A DNA stretch of 63,713 bases, the filler included, from Octopus bimaculoides (taxonomy: Eukaryota), in NCBI RefSeq assembly GCF_001194135.2. It is 9 parts of 9 records of this genome, joined end to end, with 100 filler letters (N's around TTAATTAATTAA, not from the genome) between each part and the next. Parts side by side here need not be neighbours in the genome. Positions count along the whole stretch, not along the records: positions 7,648 to 38,215 come from NC_068995.1; 8 more parts are not named here. One strand, 5' to 3'. A program made the translations under genes and the position numbers. The stretch's first letter is position 1. Each line of letters starts with the position of its first letter. A model generated the notes under the pieces. It did not search any database. It saw only the letters and a program-made list of their open reading frames with translations, and was not told the DNA's origin. Positions 10,774 through 23,560 of this stretch are shown in pieces.

Positions 10774-13226
10774 GTATCTTATTTGTTTAGCAACTTTTCG
10801 GTATTTTATTGCATGCAAGCGTTTGCTTTCCTACAGTTTCTGATGAATTTCATAACCTTATATGTTTGCTATCATTACATTATTAGCTGCTACAAAGTCA
10901 TGTAATCTAGCCGTATATTCAATAAATATTAAAACTCAGTAAATATATCATTATTTACATGCATTAAATATGTTATATACCACATGATAAACAAAGCAAT
11001 AAAATTTAATATGAATATTTCAAAATGAGTATACACTCTGGTGAGTGATTTAATGGCAGAGTAAAACAAAAACGATAAAGATTATGAAAGTAGGAAAATG
11101 AGAAAGAATACTAGTGTACTCAATGAAGGATTTATGTATTTATGTCTTTATGGGTTTTATACGCAAGTTATGAACAGCTGCAAATTGTGTTTTAAATGAA
11201 AATCATATTCGCATGAGGAAGGGGGAAAATTACGTCTGCGTGATCACACAGGTCACAATAAAAGTTTACTGAATATGCAACATAACACTCCTAGACTTTT
11301 GATAAATAGTAGAACATTATATAATGTGATTCTTGTTGCATTCTCTCGGTAATACATATATAGATAGATTGGTAACGTTCATCTAATCATTACTGGACAA
11401 CGACGACATGAGTGGCCTGATATCATAATATTTGTTTCCACACTTGAAATCTTATTAGTCCTGTTATGTTAGTTAAGCGAAACATATTTCAAAACAGGAT
11501 GCATTTTACTATTTGAAAAACGCATTCTAGCGAAAACTGCAGTAAATGTTTATAAACTAAACTATTTTAATTAAACGATTTTATAGCACCGCCACATAAC
11601 ATTTCTTTCACTACAATAAGTAAGCAATATCAAAGACAAATATAGAAAACCTGACAAAAGCTTACTTTTTTCTCTTTTATATATTCTTGCAAATATGTAT
11701 AATACCAATACTATTTCAGAACTATATATTTTGTGTGAAAGTGATAGGATAAGCGTCAAAGTATTTAACCTTGAATAGTGGGATTTGAAGTAAAATCTAT
11801 CGACGTGATGAAACGTAACATTTATTTTTCTTACTTTGTCAATTCTAAATTATTAACTTTTACTTCAGATGCACATTTTTAAGGAGTACACATCTTTTCA
11901 CAATTCGATACAGCATCTATGCTAGAGTCACACGCTAATGCATTAAGGTTAAAAGTCAGCATTACACTTCCGCACACTTTTGTGCATCGTAGTAATATAA
12001 AATTAACTTTTGCTTTTTCATCATTCCTGATGCAAGACAATAGCAATGTCTTGAAGAAGAATATGTTCTCACATGTCAACAGACTGCTAACGATATATCT
12101 TCCGCTAATGACATAGCTGTTTCAGAATTCGAAATCCATTTTACAGCAACAAAAAATTAGTTGCTTCAATATTCATATTTCTTGAATACAGCTAAATACG
12201 TTTGTAATAATTAGGTATTGTAAAGATTACAATCCGAGTAAAATTGAACTGTGAAATCCAAGACATAGTTAAAAACAAACATACTAATGATGTACTTGAT
12301 GTTTCTATGTAACTCCTTGTAAAGTTCCATGTAATACCGTGTAGCTCCTTCTTCAGTGTAAGCTTGACGACTAATTTCTTTAAGGTTTCTGATTTCCATA
12401 CACACTCTTTGAGTTAGCATATGGCTAGCAGAAAGTAAATTGAGAAACGATCTTCATTCTGGATAGATGTAACGTAAGTATTCTCACATATATCTGAACA
12501 CTAAATATAATTCAGAATACTCATGCAACTAAAATACGCAAATACGTCAGATTAGTGTTTTAAATTTAATAACAGGAAGTAAACGTCAATAAGTCCCAAA
12601 GTTGCATAATCCTCAAAGATTTATACATTTCGAAGTTTAAATTGTACATCTTAAATGTATTACTTTTAATATTTGCATTTATCCATATATAATCACTAGT
12701 TTTGCCTAAATATATTTTAGTCATGAGTAGACAAAGTCCAAAGTCAAATATGATACATCTAAAATGCACAACTAATCATCAAAGCTACAAGAAAGTTCAA
12801 CATCTTGAAATGTCTTGATAGAAATAACAGAAGTAAAATACGTGTATACTGAAGTAAATTTACCCCAAACTTGGACGTCTTCGCATTTGTTCGTGTATAT
12901 ATGTTTCTGCTTCTATGAGTTAAATAACGTCGAACAAGTAAAACAGTGAATATACATGGATTTAGGCATATTTTTCATACCTATGTGAATTTTATATAAA
13001 AAAAAACAAACAAGTAAACTAGCTTGTTAGGAAATCTCTATAAGAGATGGACGTAGTAACCATAGTCAGAACTAACTTTTGTCACCATTTGAACATGGCT
13101 GTTCTATAAGAACCTGCATTACTGCCACATTTAGCCCCAAGAATAGCATGAATTAGCTTGTTACAGATGGCATCTATGGATGTATATATAAATGAATCTA
13201 TATCTCTCTCTATATTTATACATACG

Positions 13227-13287
<61 letters not shown>

Positions 13288-13341
13288 GTATATATGTATA
13301 TATATGTATATGTATATATTTATCTCTCTCTGTGTATATCC

Positions 13342-13383
<42 letters not shown>

Positions 13384-13388
<5 letters not shown>

Positions 13389-14270
13389 GATTGGACAAAA
13401 TAATGGAAGCACCTTAGAATTGCAGACAAATTTATTTTAATATTGGGTAGGACCGCCTTTGGCAGTTTGAATTCTACGAGGTATGGGTTCGTATAAAGTT
13501 TGAATTGTTTCCACAGGAATTTTCTCCCTTCTTCATCTTGTAGAGAAGATGGTGGGGGATATCGACTCCTTAACTGATATTCTAAAATGCACCATAAATG
13601 TTTAATAGTATTGAGATCTGGGGACTGTGGTGACCAGATAAGATATGCAACTTCACTAGAATCTTCCTCGTGACATTCAATGACAAATTTAGTTGTGTGA
13701 CTTGGTGCATTATCTTCCTGAAGGATTGCGTTTTCCTCCGGAAACAGTTCAGCAGACATAGGGTGAATTTGATCAGATAACATGCTTCAAAAGTCTTCAC
13801 TATTAATTCAGCCATGAAGGGAAACCAATGGGCCAGCGGATTTTCAAGATAGCGCCCCCCCCACTCAAGATCACCACAGATCATCATCCATGTTTAACAG
13901 TTAGAAGGCAGTCTGGATCAAATCCTTCTTTTGGCTGTCTTCACATGTATACTTGGTTGTTGGTCGGAGAAAAGGCAAATGATGGCTCTTCCGAGAAAAC
14001 AACATTCTTCTACTCCTCTAGGGATCTATTATGTAGGCTTTTACTCCAATCCAAACGGTTTGCAACATTTTTTTTGACAGTTGTGGGTTTCTGATTGCAG
14101 CTCTCCCGTGAAATCCGTCTTTGTGGTGCTCCCAGCAAAGAGTGTTTGTAGAAACCTGGTTCTCGAGGTGGTCATTAAGCTCTGCAGTTATGTTGAGCTT
14201 TGTACTTTTGTGATACTTTCTAAAAATATGTGTAAGATACCGACAGTCCCTCTCTGAAGGTTAGGACCAC
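13384..14270 (-). mobile_element. Decayed Tc1-type DNA transposon with DD36(E) spacing (Incomer-like), 5'-truncated
   Basis: QEDNAPSH...WSPQSPDLNTIKHLW has 36 residues between the D and the (mutated) E position. Upstream FHGRAAIRKP-like segment; TIR tagggattggacaaaataatggaagcacc at ~13386. Confidence 0.9.
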
Positions 14271-14789
14271 GGGCCGTGCGACCCCTACCCAATTCAAAAT
14301 CATCGCATAAATACACTGCAACACAATTCCTCTTCTTCAACAGAGGCTGCCTTATCTAACATTGTCCCAAAACAGAGCAAAGAGGAGAAAGATCCATCAC
14401 CTTTAAACGGAATGTGAATAAATTTATTTAAAGAATCCCAGATGAGCCACCTATACCTAGATACGAGTTACAAAAACTCCCTAGTTGTATGGGCCATGAC
14501 ATAACTTAAAAAGGACTTAGTAAATCCTATCAGGTAGTGCTATTAAGACATGTCCTGGAGCAATCTTTGGTCGAAGCATATCTAATTTAACTAAGTGATA
14601 TATACATATATCAATTCTTATCAGGTCATATCAATGAAATGTGGGATTTTTCCATGCACCAAATTTGACATCTGCAAGCCCTAATGTTTTATACTGTCAA
14701 TTATTTGTTTTACAATATTGAAGAGTTACATCATCACTTTTCGAAATGCAAGTTATGCTGTCTGATTATATTCTGAATTTTGTCTGTAA

Positions 14790-15770
14790 ATCAATTTTTT
14801 GAGAACCCATGGACAGATAAAAATTCGTATTGTAAACAATAAATATTGCGGAACCAATGCATCCAGACAACCTTAACATCAATGAGCTGTTTGGTAAAGA
14901 TGTGGCGAATAAGTCCTGTACGTCGATAGTGTGAGAAGTTTCGGTCTGGTGACTTTACTCTTGAAAATCAGCCACGTTGTACACACGAGACCAAAGTGGA
15001 TAATGACGAGCTGAAAACTGTAGTGGAAGCGGATACATCTGAAACTATGCATGAATTAGCAGCAACGTTCGATGTTTCGATTCCAACTGCATAGGACCAT
15101 TTGATACAAATCGGCAAGGTAGAGCACCTGGAAAAGTGGTTACAGCGCGAACTGAACAAGTATCAAATGATACATTGTCTTGAAACTTGCTGTTCTTTGC
15201 TGTCACGGCATAAAGGCGGATCATTTTGCATCATATTATTACGTGTGAGGAAAAATGAATTATTTTCTTCAATAGCAAGCCTTCTGTACGGTGGTTGGAT
15301 AGAGATGAAATGCCAAAACACAATGCAAAACAGAATATTCACCCAAAAAGCTAATGGTGCCTGTTTGGTGATCCAGTGCTGGTGACATTCACTGCAGCTT
15401 CATGAAACCTTGTTAGTCAATTACAGCGGATGTATGCACCAAGTTGGATGAAATGATGAGTGAACTTGCAATTAACAAAAAAAAAAAAAAACATTAGTCA
15501 ATAAAAACAGGCCAGTTCTCTTCCAAATGAATGTTTGACCACATGTTGCACAAAGAACGCTACTCAAGTTACAGGAACGGAACTTCGAAGTACTCTGTCA
15601 TCCACCATATTCACCAGAACTTGCCCCAACTGATAATCACGTTTTCCACGTATTAGACTACATTTGGCAATAAAAAAACATCAAATCTGAAGAAGATACA
15701 AACACAGCCTTTCGGGATTTCATCACCGCTTGTTCTCCGGAATTAATGCAATTGTATTTAGTGAAGCTAT
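14790..15770 (+). mobile_element. Decayed mariner transposase
   Basis: Translates to KFRSGDFTLENQPR...VDNDELKTVVEADTSET..., KVEHLEKWLQREL and HPPYSPELAPTD with stops and frameshifts. Confidence 0.92.
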
Positions 15771-16287
15771 TCTCAAACCGAAAACAAAGAAAAATACCGT
15801 GTCATGTTTTATGTTTTGCCACAGAAAATGTAATCCTTCTATTTAGACATAGCAGGAAGTTTATATAATCTGTGTTCTAATCAGAAACAAACCAAGTGAT
15901 TGGGAAAATTACTGCACTGGTAATCATGTCATGGATAAACAATGTTTTACAAGCTGAGCACAAAAAAAATAAATAAATGTGTGTGCTGGTTGTAGTGCTT
16001 GTAATGTGTATGTCATAATGCATGTCTTCTATATCTAGCTAAATATAGCTTACATACATACATACATACATATATACATACATACATACATACCTACATG
16101 CATACATACGCTCCTGCCATCATTCATTTATAAACGCGCACAAACACTTTCTAATTTGAGACTTCATTCCTTTAGGGACACTCGTCTCGTTCGAGCTCCA
16201 CCCTGTTTTGGAAATAATTCAGAACCACTTACTTTCCATTCTATTGTCGTTTTCATGTCTTCCTCTATATTTCTTTCTTCTTCTTAC

Positions 16288-16351
16288 TATCTAACTTTCT
16301 AAAGCAAAGCTTAAGCTCGTAAAGTTCAAAAGCAATGCTACTCATTTTTGT
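16288..16351 (-). CDS. Candidate 64-nt exon (TKMSSIAFELYELKLCFRKLD)
   Basis: Acceptor ctccttttag|, open frame, donor A|GTAAGA; loosely resembles an EF-hand entering helix. Confidence 0.15.
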
Positions 16352-17111
16352 CTAAAAGGAGCGAATATTCTTATTTTATCTTCCATACCTAATACGACAC
16401 TTACGTTTTGGTTTAAGCGTATCAGTTGGTGACCTTTTGACAGTGTATTAATCCGTATTACATGATATAATTTTAATTACACACATACACACGCAAGCAC
16501 GCACATGCACACACACGTACATACACACACGCATACATACACACACACATAACATAAAATCTGCTGGAGCTATTGTACTCTATTGAATACACATTAAGTA
16601 CATACTGCAGGTTAATTCAGGCAAAAAGGCAATACCGAAACTGCCTGGAAATTTTCTGCTCAATCATCAAACAACGCTTCTAATTTCTGTTTACGCGTTA
16701 CTCTCTGATCAGACATAATATTTCAATCACAACAAATTCTATTAAAATAATAGGAATTGTAAAGTGTTCAAATTTTGGGAGCATTGTTGATTACATGATT
16801 TGATATTTGATGACTAGGATATGCATATTTCGAAAATAACTAATGATTGAAGTTGGTAAATATTATATTTGAGTGGATTCCTAAAATTCTTGAATTATTT
16901 AATATTACTCGCGTATATGCAACATTTTACAAGAAGATCAATACTATATTTCTCCAGCACAGAGCGCATGTTGCACTTCATTTTAAAAGTTTCGAAGATG
17001 CTATAGAGTAATACAGAACACTCCACTAGGAGTGCATTGCGTCTTATAGCAGAAGCAGCTCTTATTTGATGGAGTTGAGGACAATATCCCCTGTCATCTA
17101 TTCACGCACGC

Positions 17112-17163
<52 letters not shown>

Positions 17164-17534
17164 TATGCTAAAACTCTAAGTGTGTCCGTTTTCCTGCCAT
17201 TTCATTGAGATGATAAAGATTACAAATTATATAGCTATTTCCCCCTTTAAGAAGAGAAATCGAGTTGAAAATGTCGATATTTCAAAGAGTCGTCTTAGCT
17301 ACCGCCGTTTGTCCTTTTTCTTAACTTTCGTTTTTCTTCTCTTAATCATTCATACAATGTTTGAGTGCCGAGGACTAAAAGAGAAATTCTGTATATATTT
17401 CTATGAGATATTTTTTGAAGTCCTGGTACTTTATTAAGAATTTTTTTTTGAGGGGGAAAATTACTATTTCATTTAAAATAAAATACTAATCTTAATCATC
17501 TTAATGAAAAAGTAGAAAAAACAGAGAGACTATC

Positions 17535-18183
17535 TCTTAATAGACGAAGATCAGTTGAAATGGGCAGAGTTGAATCTCATAAGGATTGAAAAACAAACCC
17601 TTTTCAAATGCCACAGCAACGTTGAAATCGTTGCCTCAGCGAGTTAAATTAAGTACGTCTTCAAGTACATGCTGAGAGGAAATCACCATGCTGCTGTCCA
17701 AATAAACAATGATAACGGAAATTAGTCAATATCTAAATGGAAACTCCGAAGCAGTTGCATCCATTTTAAGATTTTCAATTCATGAAAGAGCACATGCACT
17801 AGTTAGACTGAAAGTTTATCTACCAAATGGACAAAGAATATTGCTCAGAAATAATGAGGATATATATAGCTGTCAATGAACGACATATAAGAACAAAACT
17901 GACAGGGTTCTTTTCTTTGTGTATCATTGATGAATTTGCAAACACATTATTCCATGCATTTAACATGGAACAGTAGCAACCAAGGATGGCAAAGAAGAAA
18001 GCGCGGAAAAAAGTTGAAGGCCATTTGGTCATGTTTATGTTGTCAGACAAAATACAGGAGAACTGTGCTATTTAAGATTTTTATTGCATGAAATTCGAAA
18101 TAGTATTTTCCTTTTCCGCCGCGCATCGCCATTTTCAACTTGAAGTGTTTTTGACCCAACGCATTACGGCGGGTACATCTCGT
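17535..18183 (+). mobile_element. Helitron Rep/helicase fragment with possible 3' terminus
   Basis: FKCHSNVEIVASAS*IKYVFKYM..., ISQYLNG..EAVASILRFSIHER..LVRLKVYLPNGQR, TKLTGFF..., WQRRKRG and GHVYVVRQNTGELCYLRFLLHE are typical Helitron motifs. Imperfect hairpin at 18154-18174 is followed by CTCG (CTRR-like). Confidence 0.88.
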
Positions 18184-19245
18184 GTAAATATAACAGTGCA
18201 TGTGTTTGTAGTTGTGCAGATGTGTGCTTACGAATGAATGTATTTATGTTGCATTTTATATCTATCTTTAAACGCTTATGTTGTTGTATGTTTTATATTC
18301 CGTACTTACTCTTTCATCAAAAAACACCGAAAAGCAAAACATTCGCACTCATTCAACCTGTTTATATACACATAAAATTCCTAGAGGGCAAATTCCTTCA
18401 AAGGCCGGCCAAGCAGGAAGGCTCCACCAGCTTCCTGTTAAGTTACGCTGCCCAAGAAATTCTCCTTTTCAATGCTTCTAATGTCACTAGAATATCGATT
18501 TTACTTTTACCCAATGGCACCCCAGTTACTAGTAACCATCTTCGGCTAGCTGAATCCCGCCATTCGGTGAAATGATCCTGACAAGCAAGATTTCTGTTAG
18601 AAGCATGCGAAAGCTTCTTGTCATGTATTCTAAACCTACATTCTTTCATCCACCTACAACCTTTTAATCTCTGTACTTGTTCACTTTACTGAAACTGTCA
18701 CATCTGATTGTCATTAGTATATCTACTTCTCCACAGTCAGTATTTCTTCCAAAAACTGTTTCTTCTCATCTTCCTTTCAAGGACTTTTACTGAGAAAATA
18801 AAAGGAATGTAGAGTAGAAATATTTCACACGCCTCTATGAAATACAGTATCTGTTAGTTGTTTCTTATTTTATGTAGAGCAATTGCAATTTCAATTACCT
18901 TAATGTGCATTTTCATATTATTTGTATACACACACACACGCAAACACACACTCACAAACGCACACGGAAATACACACCCAAACAAACAAGCGTCTTGTAT
19001 CCCTCTAATCTCCATCAATTTGAACATAAGATCTTTTTCATTTTACAAATTAAACAAATCCGATAACTCTCTAATGGATGAATACAGCCGAATTCATTCG
19101 AGGGAATGGGGAAAAATTACAATAAGAACGACTAAGTATTCATTATTTCCACTCCACTATAGTACTATCACTAAATAGTATACGATAGTTTAAAGGTTGA
19201 ATGCTGGAGAGTTTTGCATACACGGCATCGAAATATATATAATAT

Positions 19246-19295
<50 letters not shown>

Positions 19296-19810
19296 GACAA
19301 AAAATACATACAGGGGAAATTATATATTCATTATAGATCTCACCTTATAAAGCCGACAGTTGTTTCTATTCCATTAAAATTTACGCACGTACACGCACAG
19401 ATAAGCACACAAACACACAAACACACAAACACATACACAGACACGTACATATATATATATATAATTATTTATTTAAAGTACTCAACATATATCTTTAGGT
19501 GCTGCAAATAGTGTCATATTCATCAACAACAAACAACATATTTTAAAGAACTAAAAACATGCAACAAAAGGAGAAACGCGAAAAAGCTGAGAAAGTAGCA
19601 TATACAAAAAGCGGACGGTTACAAAACGGAAAACGAAAAACGGGAATCGAAGAAGTTGAAAAGTAAAATGTAAAAAGTAAAAAAAAGAACAAATATACAA
19701 GGGGTTTTACTACTTAAACTATAAGGCTGAAAAAGATTAAATTATAAGGCTGGAATGATATCGACAAGTTATAGGCGCAATTTTACAATTCTTAAAATAT
19801 ATATTTGTAG

Positions 19811-19903
19811 ATACGTCTGCAACAGCTGGAAATTTCGAAACATAGAGTTCAGGAGCGAGTTAGGGATCTTAGATGTGAAAAGGATCTGAGCTCTTTCAGC
19901 TAA
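19811..19903 (+). CDS. Candidate terminal exon (IRLQQLEISKHRVQERVRDLRCEKDLSSFS*)
   Basis: Acceptor atatttgtag|, coiled-coil-like peptide; no homology recognised. Confidence 0.15.
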   Translation: MRLQQLEISKHRVQERVRDLRCEKDLSSFS

Positions 19904-20099
19904 ATATAGCTTACATTTATTTGATCCATTAACATAAGGTGTGGATCGCTCGGTTATTTCCATAATCACATGTGGTGTTTCGTTAGCTTTCAAACTCCAT
20001 ATATGGCTAGCTAACTTTCTATGATCGCTTTGCTTTTGAGCTTTTCGGTAGGGAGCATGTGATAAAGATAGAGATATCTAAGTTATCCATCACATAATC

Positions 20100-20280
20100 A
20101 AGTATAGGCCATCGTATCTTATGTGTTATCATTTAGCGTTGTTATTGAATAAATTTACTCAGTAGTATTTCAAGACATTTTAATGTAATTTTTGGTAAAT
20201 ATATCTGCTAAAATGAGATATCGGAGTTATTTTCATTTTTGCGTAATTTAGACGACAATTTATTCACCGCACCCTGTATA
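20100..20280. mobile_element. Tc1/mariner-type MITE end
   Basis: Ends in caccctgtata, the reverse complement of TA-CAGGGTG, a common Tc1 TIR start. Partner end not found. Confidence 0.35.
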
Positions 20281-20614
20281 AATATGTGTGGGTGTTTGTG
20301 TACGTATGTGTGTGTATATGTGTTTTTGTTTCATAATAAGAAATAATTGTTGGCTTTATAATGTGAGATGCATTATAAAAATATAATTTTCTCTATATGT
20401 ATTTTTTGTTGTTAAATTCCATGAATTTCTAGAAATTCTGCAAAAGGATATTTGAATTTACCTGTGATGCACGAAAATTTACCCTGGATATGTATTCTAC
20501 AAACATTTACTGGTATCTGATTGTTGAAACTGTATAACCAATTCTTTTTTTAATACTGCGTGATTGATTGATATATGCCATGATTTTTAAATCTCATTTC
20601 TCCTCTAACTATAT

Positions 20615-21625
20615 ATAGATATGTTTCTTTATTGGCCACAGAGGTCTGAACACAGAGAGGACACGTTACAAAGTAGAGCTTTTCTTTTTGGGGAGGAGAG
20701 GGAAGGAAGAAAAAAAGGGGGGATTTTCGATCAAAAGGGATCGTAAAAAAAAACATAAATAGGGATCGCGTATCACAGAAATGTCATGATGTAAAGTGTA
20801 AAGGGGGAAACATATTGGGTTTATCTGTGGGAAGAAAAGCCTATAGAAATGACCACGGTAACCTTGGCCAATAATGCCATGTAGAAAGAGAGAGTGACAG
20901 TAAGCCACTCTCTTTTTATCTTTTTTTTTACTGGTTCATAGGGTTATGCTCGAGGTGGCTTTGTCATTCACACGTGCCATCCCTGCTACATTCACCCATC
21001 TTTTCTTGAAGCATTCAGTAGACAGAACCTCCTTCTCTACTCCTACCTTCCTCTTCAAGTGATACTTGAACAAGTTGATGTGAGATTCACCAGAGAGGTA
21101 AGTGTTTGTTTCTAGACCTTTCAGACGCGTCCACCATACATATTCTTTCGCCATAGCCACAAGTACAATGGAAATGGCTCTTCCTTCCCGTTTCAAGGAT
21201 GGAGGCGTGACACTATTCATGATCGACTCGGCTGATAAACTGACTCGTCCTACACGCGATAGCAGTCGTCCAACATAAGCCCACAGGTCGGAAATGGTTG
21301 GACACTGTACGAGTGCATGCAGGACGGTTTTGTCGCTCTCTCCACATCTCGGGCAGGTCGGACCCTTGTTTCTCAAGCCATGCCTGTAGAGCTCATCCCA
21401 AACGGGTAGCGCTTCCCGATAGCACTGCGAGGCCAGGGATCTCTGGAATTTGTCCATAGGTCCCGGCCTGAAAGTCGTCTTGAACAGGCGGATCAGATAT
21501 TTCTCATCGATGCCCCGGTTCACCCCGAGTTCGTAGAAGTACCTCCCCTCCACTAATGTCGTATATAATGCTTTGGTTGTGTTGCAGTCGCTTAAGGTCG
21601 ACCCGGGAAGGTATAGTTCCTCGAG
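20615..21625 (-). mobile_element. 5'-truncated L1/Tx1-like LINE: ORF2 C-terminus plus 3' UTR
   Basis: ORF 20936-21553 contains CPRCGESDKTVLHALVQCP (C-terminal zinc-finger-like motif of L1/Tx1 ORF2) and KEYVWWTRLKG. The 3' UTR ends with AATAAA near 20630. Confidence 0.9.
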
Positions 21626-21759
21626 AGCGACGAAATAGAGAGATAGTTAGATATAAAGCACGATTTATTCGTGATCAGAGGTGTTCGAAAATCGAGATAC
21701 TACTGGATTAGATGAATATGAGAAAGACAGTATATATACATATATACATGCATTTATCG

Positions 21760-22195
21760 TTTGTCACATAACTAGCTAGAGGCAATGACCTCTTGGAGCT
21801 AATCAGCGGCAGCATTCGTACTATTTTTCTGCACTGCCATGTTAACTTGGGGTTAATTATTAATATCCAGTACTGCTGCCGTAGTCTCCTTTAGAGAAAA
21901 CCAGTGGATGTATCCCACTGAATTTAGGCAAATAATCCTTCGAACACACGGTCAGTAGTGATACCTGCCTGGTTCGGCTGCTGTACATTGATAAGGGGCA
22001 AATACCCTGAAACTAGTCTGTAGATGCCAGACCAGCAACGGGAAGCGGCTAACCTCCAATGTTCGAAGGTTATAATGGACACAGGTTCGTGTGTCACATA
22101 GCTAGCCAGGGGCGATGGCCTCTTGGATCTAATCAACGGCAGCATTCGTCCTATTTTTCTGGATTGACATAATAGCTTGGCGATAACTATTAATA
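21760..22195 (+). mobile_element. About 1.3 tandem copies of a ~330-bp monomer containing a type-I HHR (PLE pLTR or retrozyme-like)
   Basis: gtcacata..ctagctag..gg.c.atg.cctcttgga.ctaatca.cggcagcattcgt.ctatttttct repeats at 21763 and 22093 (period 330); a third copy is at 46921. Confidence 0.7.
21984..22022 (+). ncRNA. Minimal type-I hammerhead ribozyme with U3-A8 core variant
   Basis: taca-TTGATAA-gggg caaata ccct-GAAA-ctag-TC-tgta: helix I taca/tgta, helix II gggg/ccct, palindromic helix III ACTAGT, GUC cleavage triplet. Confidence 0.7.
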
Positions 22196-22719
22196 TATAT
22201 GTGTGTGTATGTGTGTGTATGTGTGTGTGTGTCTTTGTGTGTGTGTGTGTTTGTGCGTGCATGTTTTGGGCAGGTCGTTGGAAGTGGTGTGTATATATAT
22301 ATATTTTGTGAGTTAGACATTGTAGTGTTTGAAGCTATATTGAATTTGATCCAGTTTGTAAGATTTATTCTATTGATATCATAGATCGCGAACTGGCAAC
22401 GTTATCTTTATTTTTTTTACATTTGTGTCACAATACTTATTGAAATAGTTTTCTAAATTATTTTGAACATTCTAATTACATTTTATGAACAGCATATTTT
22501 AACAGGAAGGAGAGAACAGCGTTCCTACTTCGTTGCTATAACAGCGACTCTCATTGGTTGTTCGCCTCGTCTTTTTTATTTGAACGTTCATTCTTACTGC
22601 TTAACTAGTGTTGTCCTATATATAATATAATACAATGTATTTCACATTAGTTATACTGGACGATAGAAGCTAAAGCAACTAAAGTGTTAAGGTCATTTCT
22701 ATAGATTTTCTATAGTAAT

Positions 22720-23560
22720 TATATCCAGCAGTGATGTTACGACGTTTCGTATCCGAGACGATGGATGTAATCAAACTGAGAAAAAATGTGTAATGGGTGT
22801 ATATATTTTATATTCCGGGATTTTTTGCTTCTTCATCAACACCCATGTTACCCATTATCTACATGAACTCATTATTTAAATAGTCACTACATATAGCTGT
22901 GTAACTTTATTCAGTATACTAATTTACATATTAAACACATTGCTGGAGACTGGTACGTAAGTACTAATGATTTGTAGGGAGCAGTGATATTGTTACGACA
23001 TTTCATAATTTCTATGGAAAATCTGTAGCGTTGACCTAAGCATGTGACATAAGAGCAATGTCTCCACAGCAGTACTGACTTATGAAATCGTTTAATATTC
23101 TTTGTAGTATATTATCGTTGCATAATGAAATGCCGTATCTCGACAATTCATTGATGTTTAGGTACATCATTCCAGGAATGTGTACATTAGTACATCCAAC
23201 AACATTATACCGTTATATGTAGTGGCTAATTAAACAACGATCTCGTGTATTATTAATGGTTTAGATGGGCGATGAAGGAGCAAAAACTCTCGAAATATGG
23301 AATATAAGCCCATTAATCATTTTTTTTCCTGATCTCATTGTTTCTTTGTATCTAAGGTCTCGAATACGAAACATAGTAGCAAAATCATTCCTGGCTATAA
23401 TTTCTATGGAAAATCTGTAGGGGTGACCGTACCACGTGAATTAAAAGGACTGCTAAAACAGTAGTAAGTGTTATTGACTTAGAAAATCATTTAATATACT
23501 TTGTAGTATATTATGGTTGCATAACGAAATACCGAGTTCCTACAAGTCGTTATAAAAATA
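22720..23560. repeat. Cluster of diverged direct repeats (~160-bp copies at ~22995 and ~23396; shorter motif at 22725 and 22980)
   Basis: ataatttctatggaaaatctgtag...tttaatat.ctttgtagtatattat.gttgcataa.gaaat.ccg occurs twice; gcagtgat(att)gttacgac.tttc occurs twice. Confidence 0.7.
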
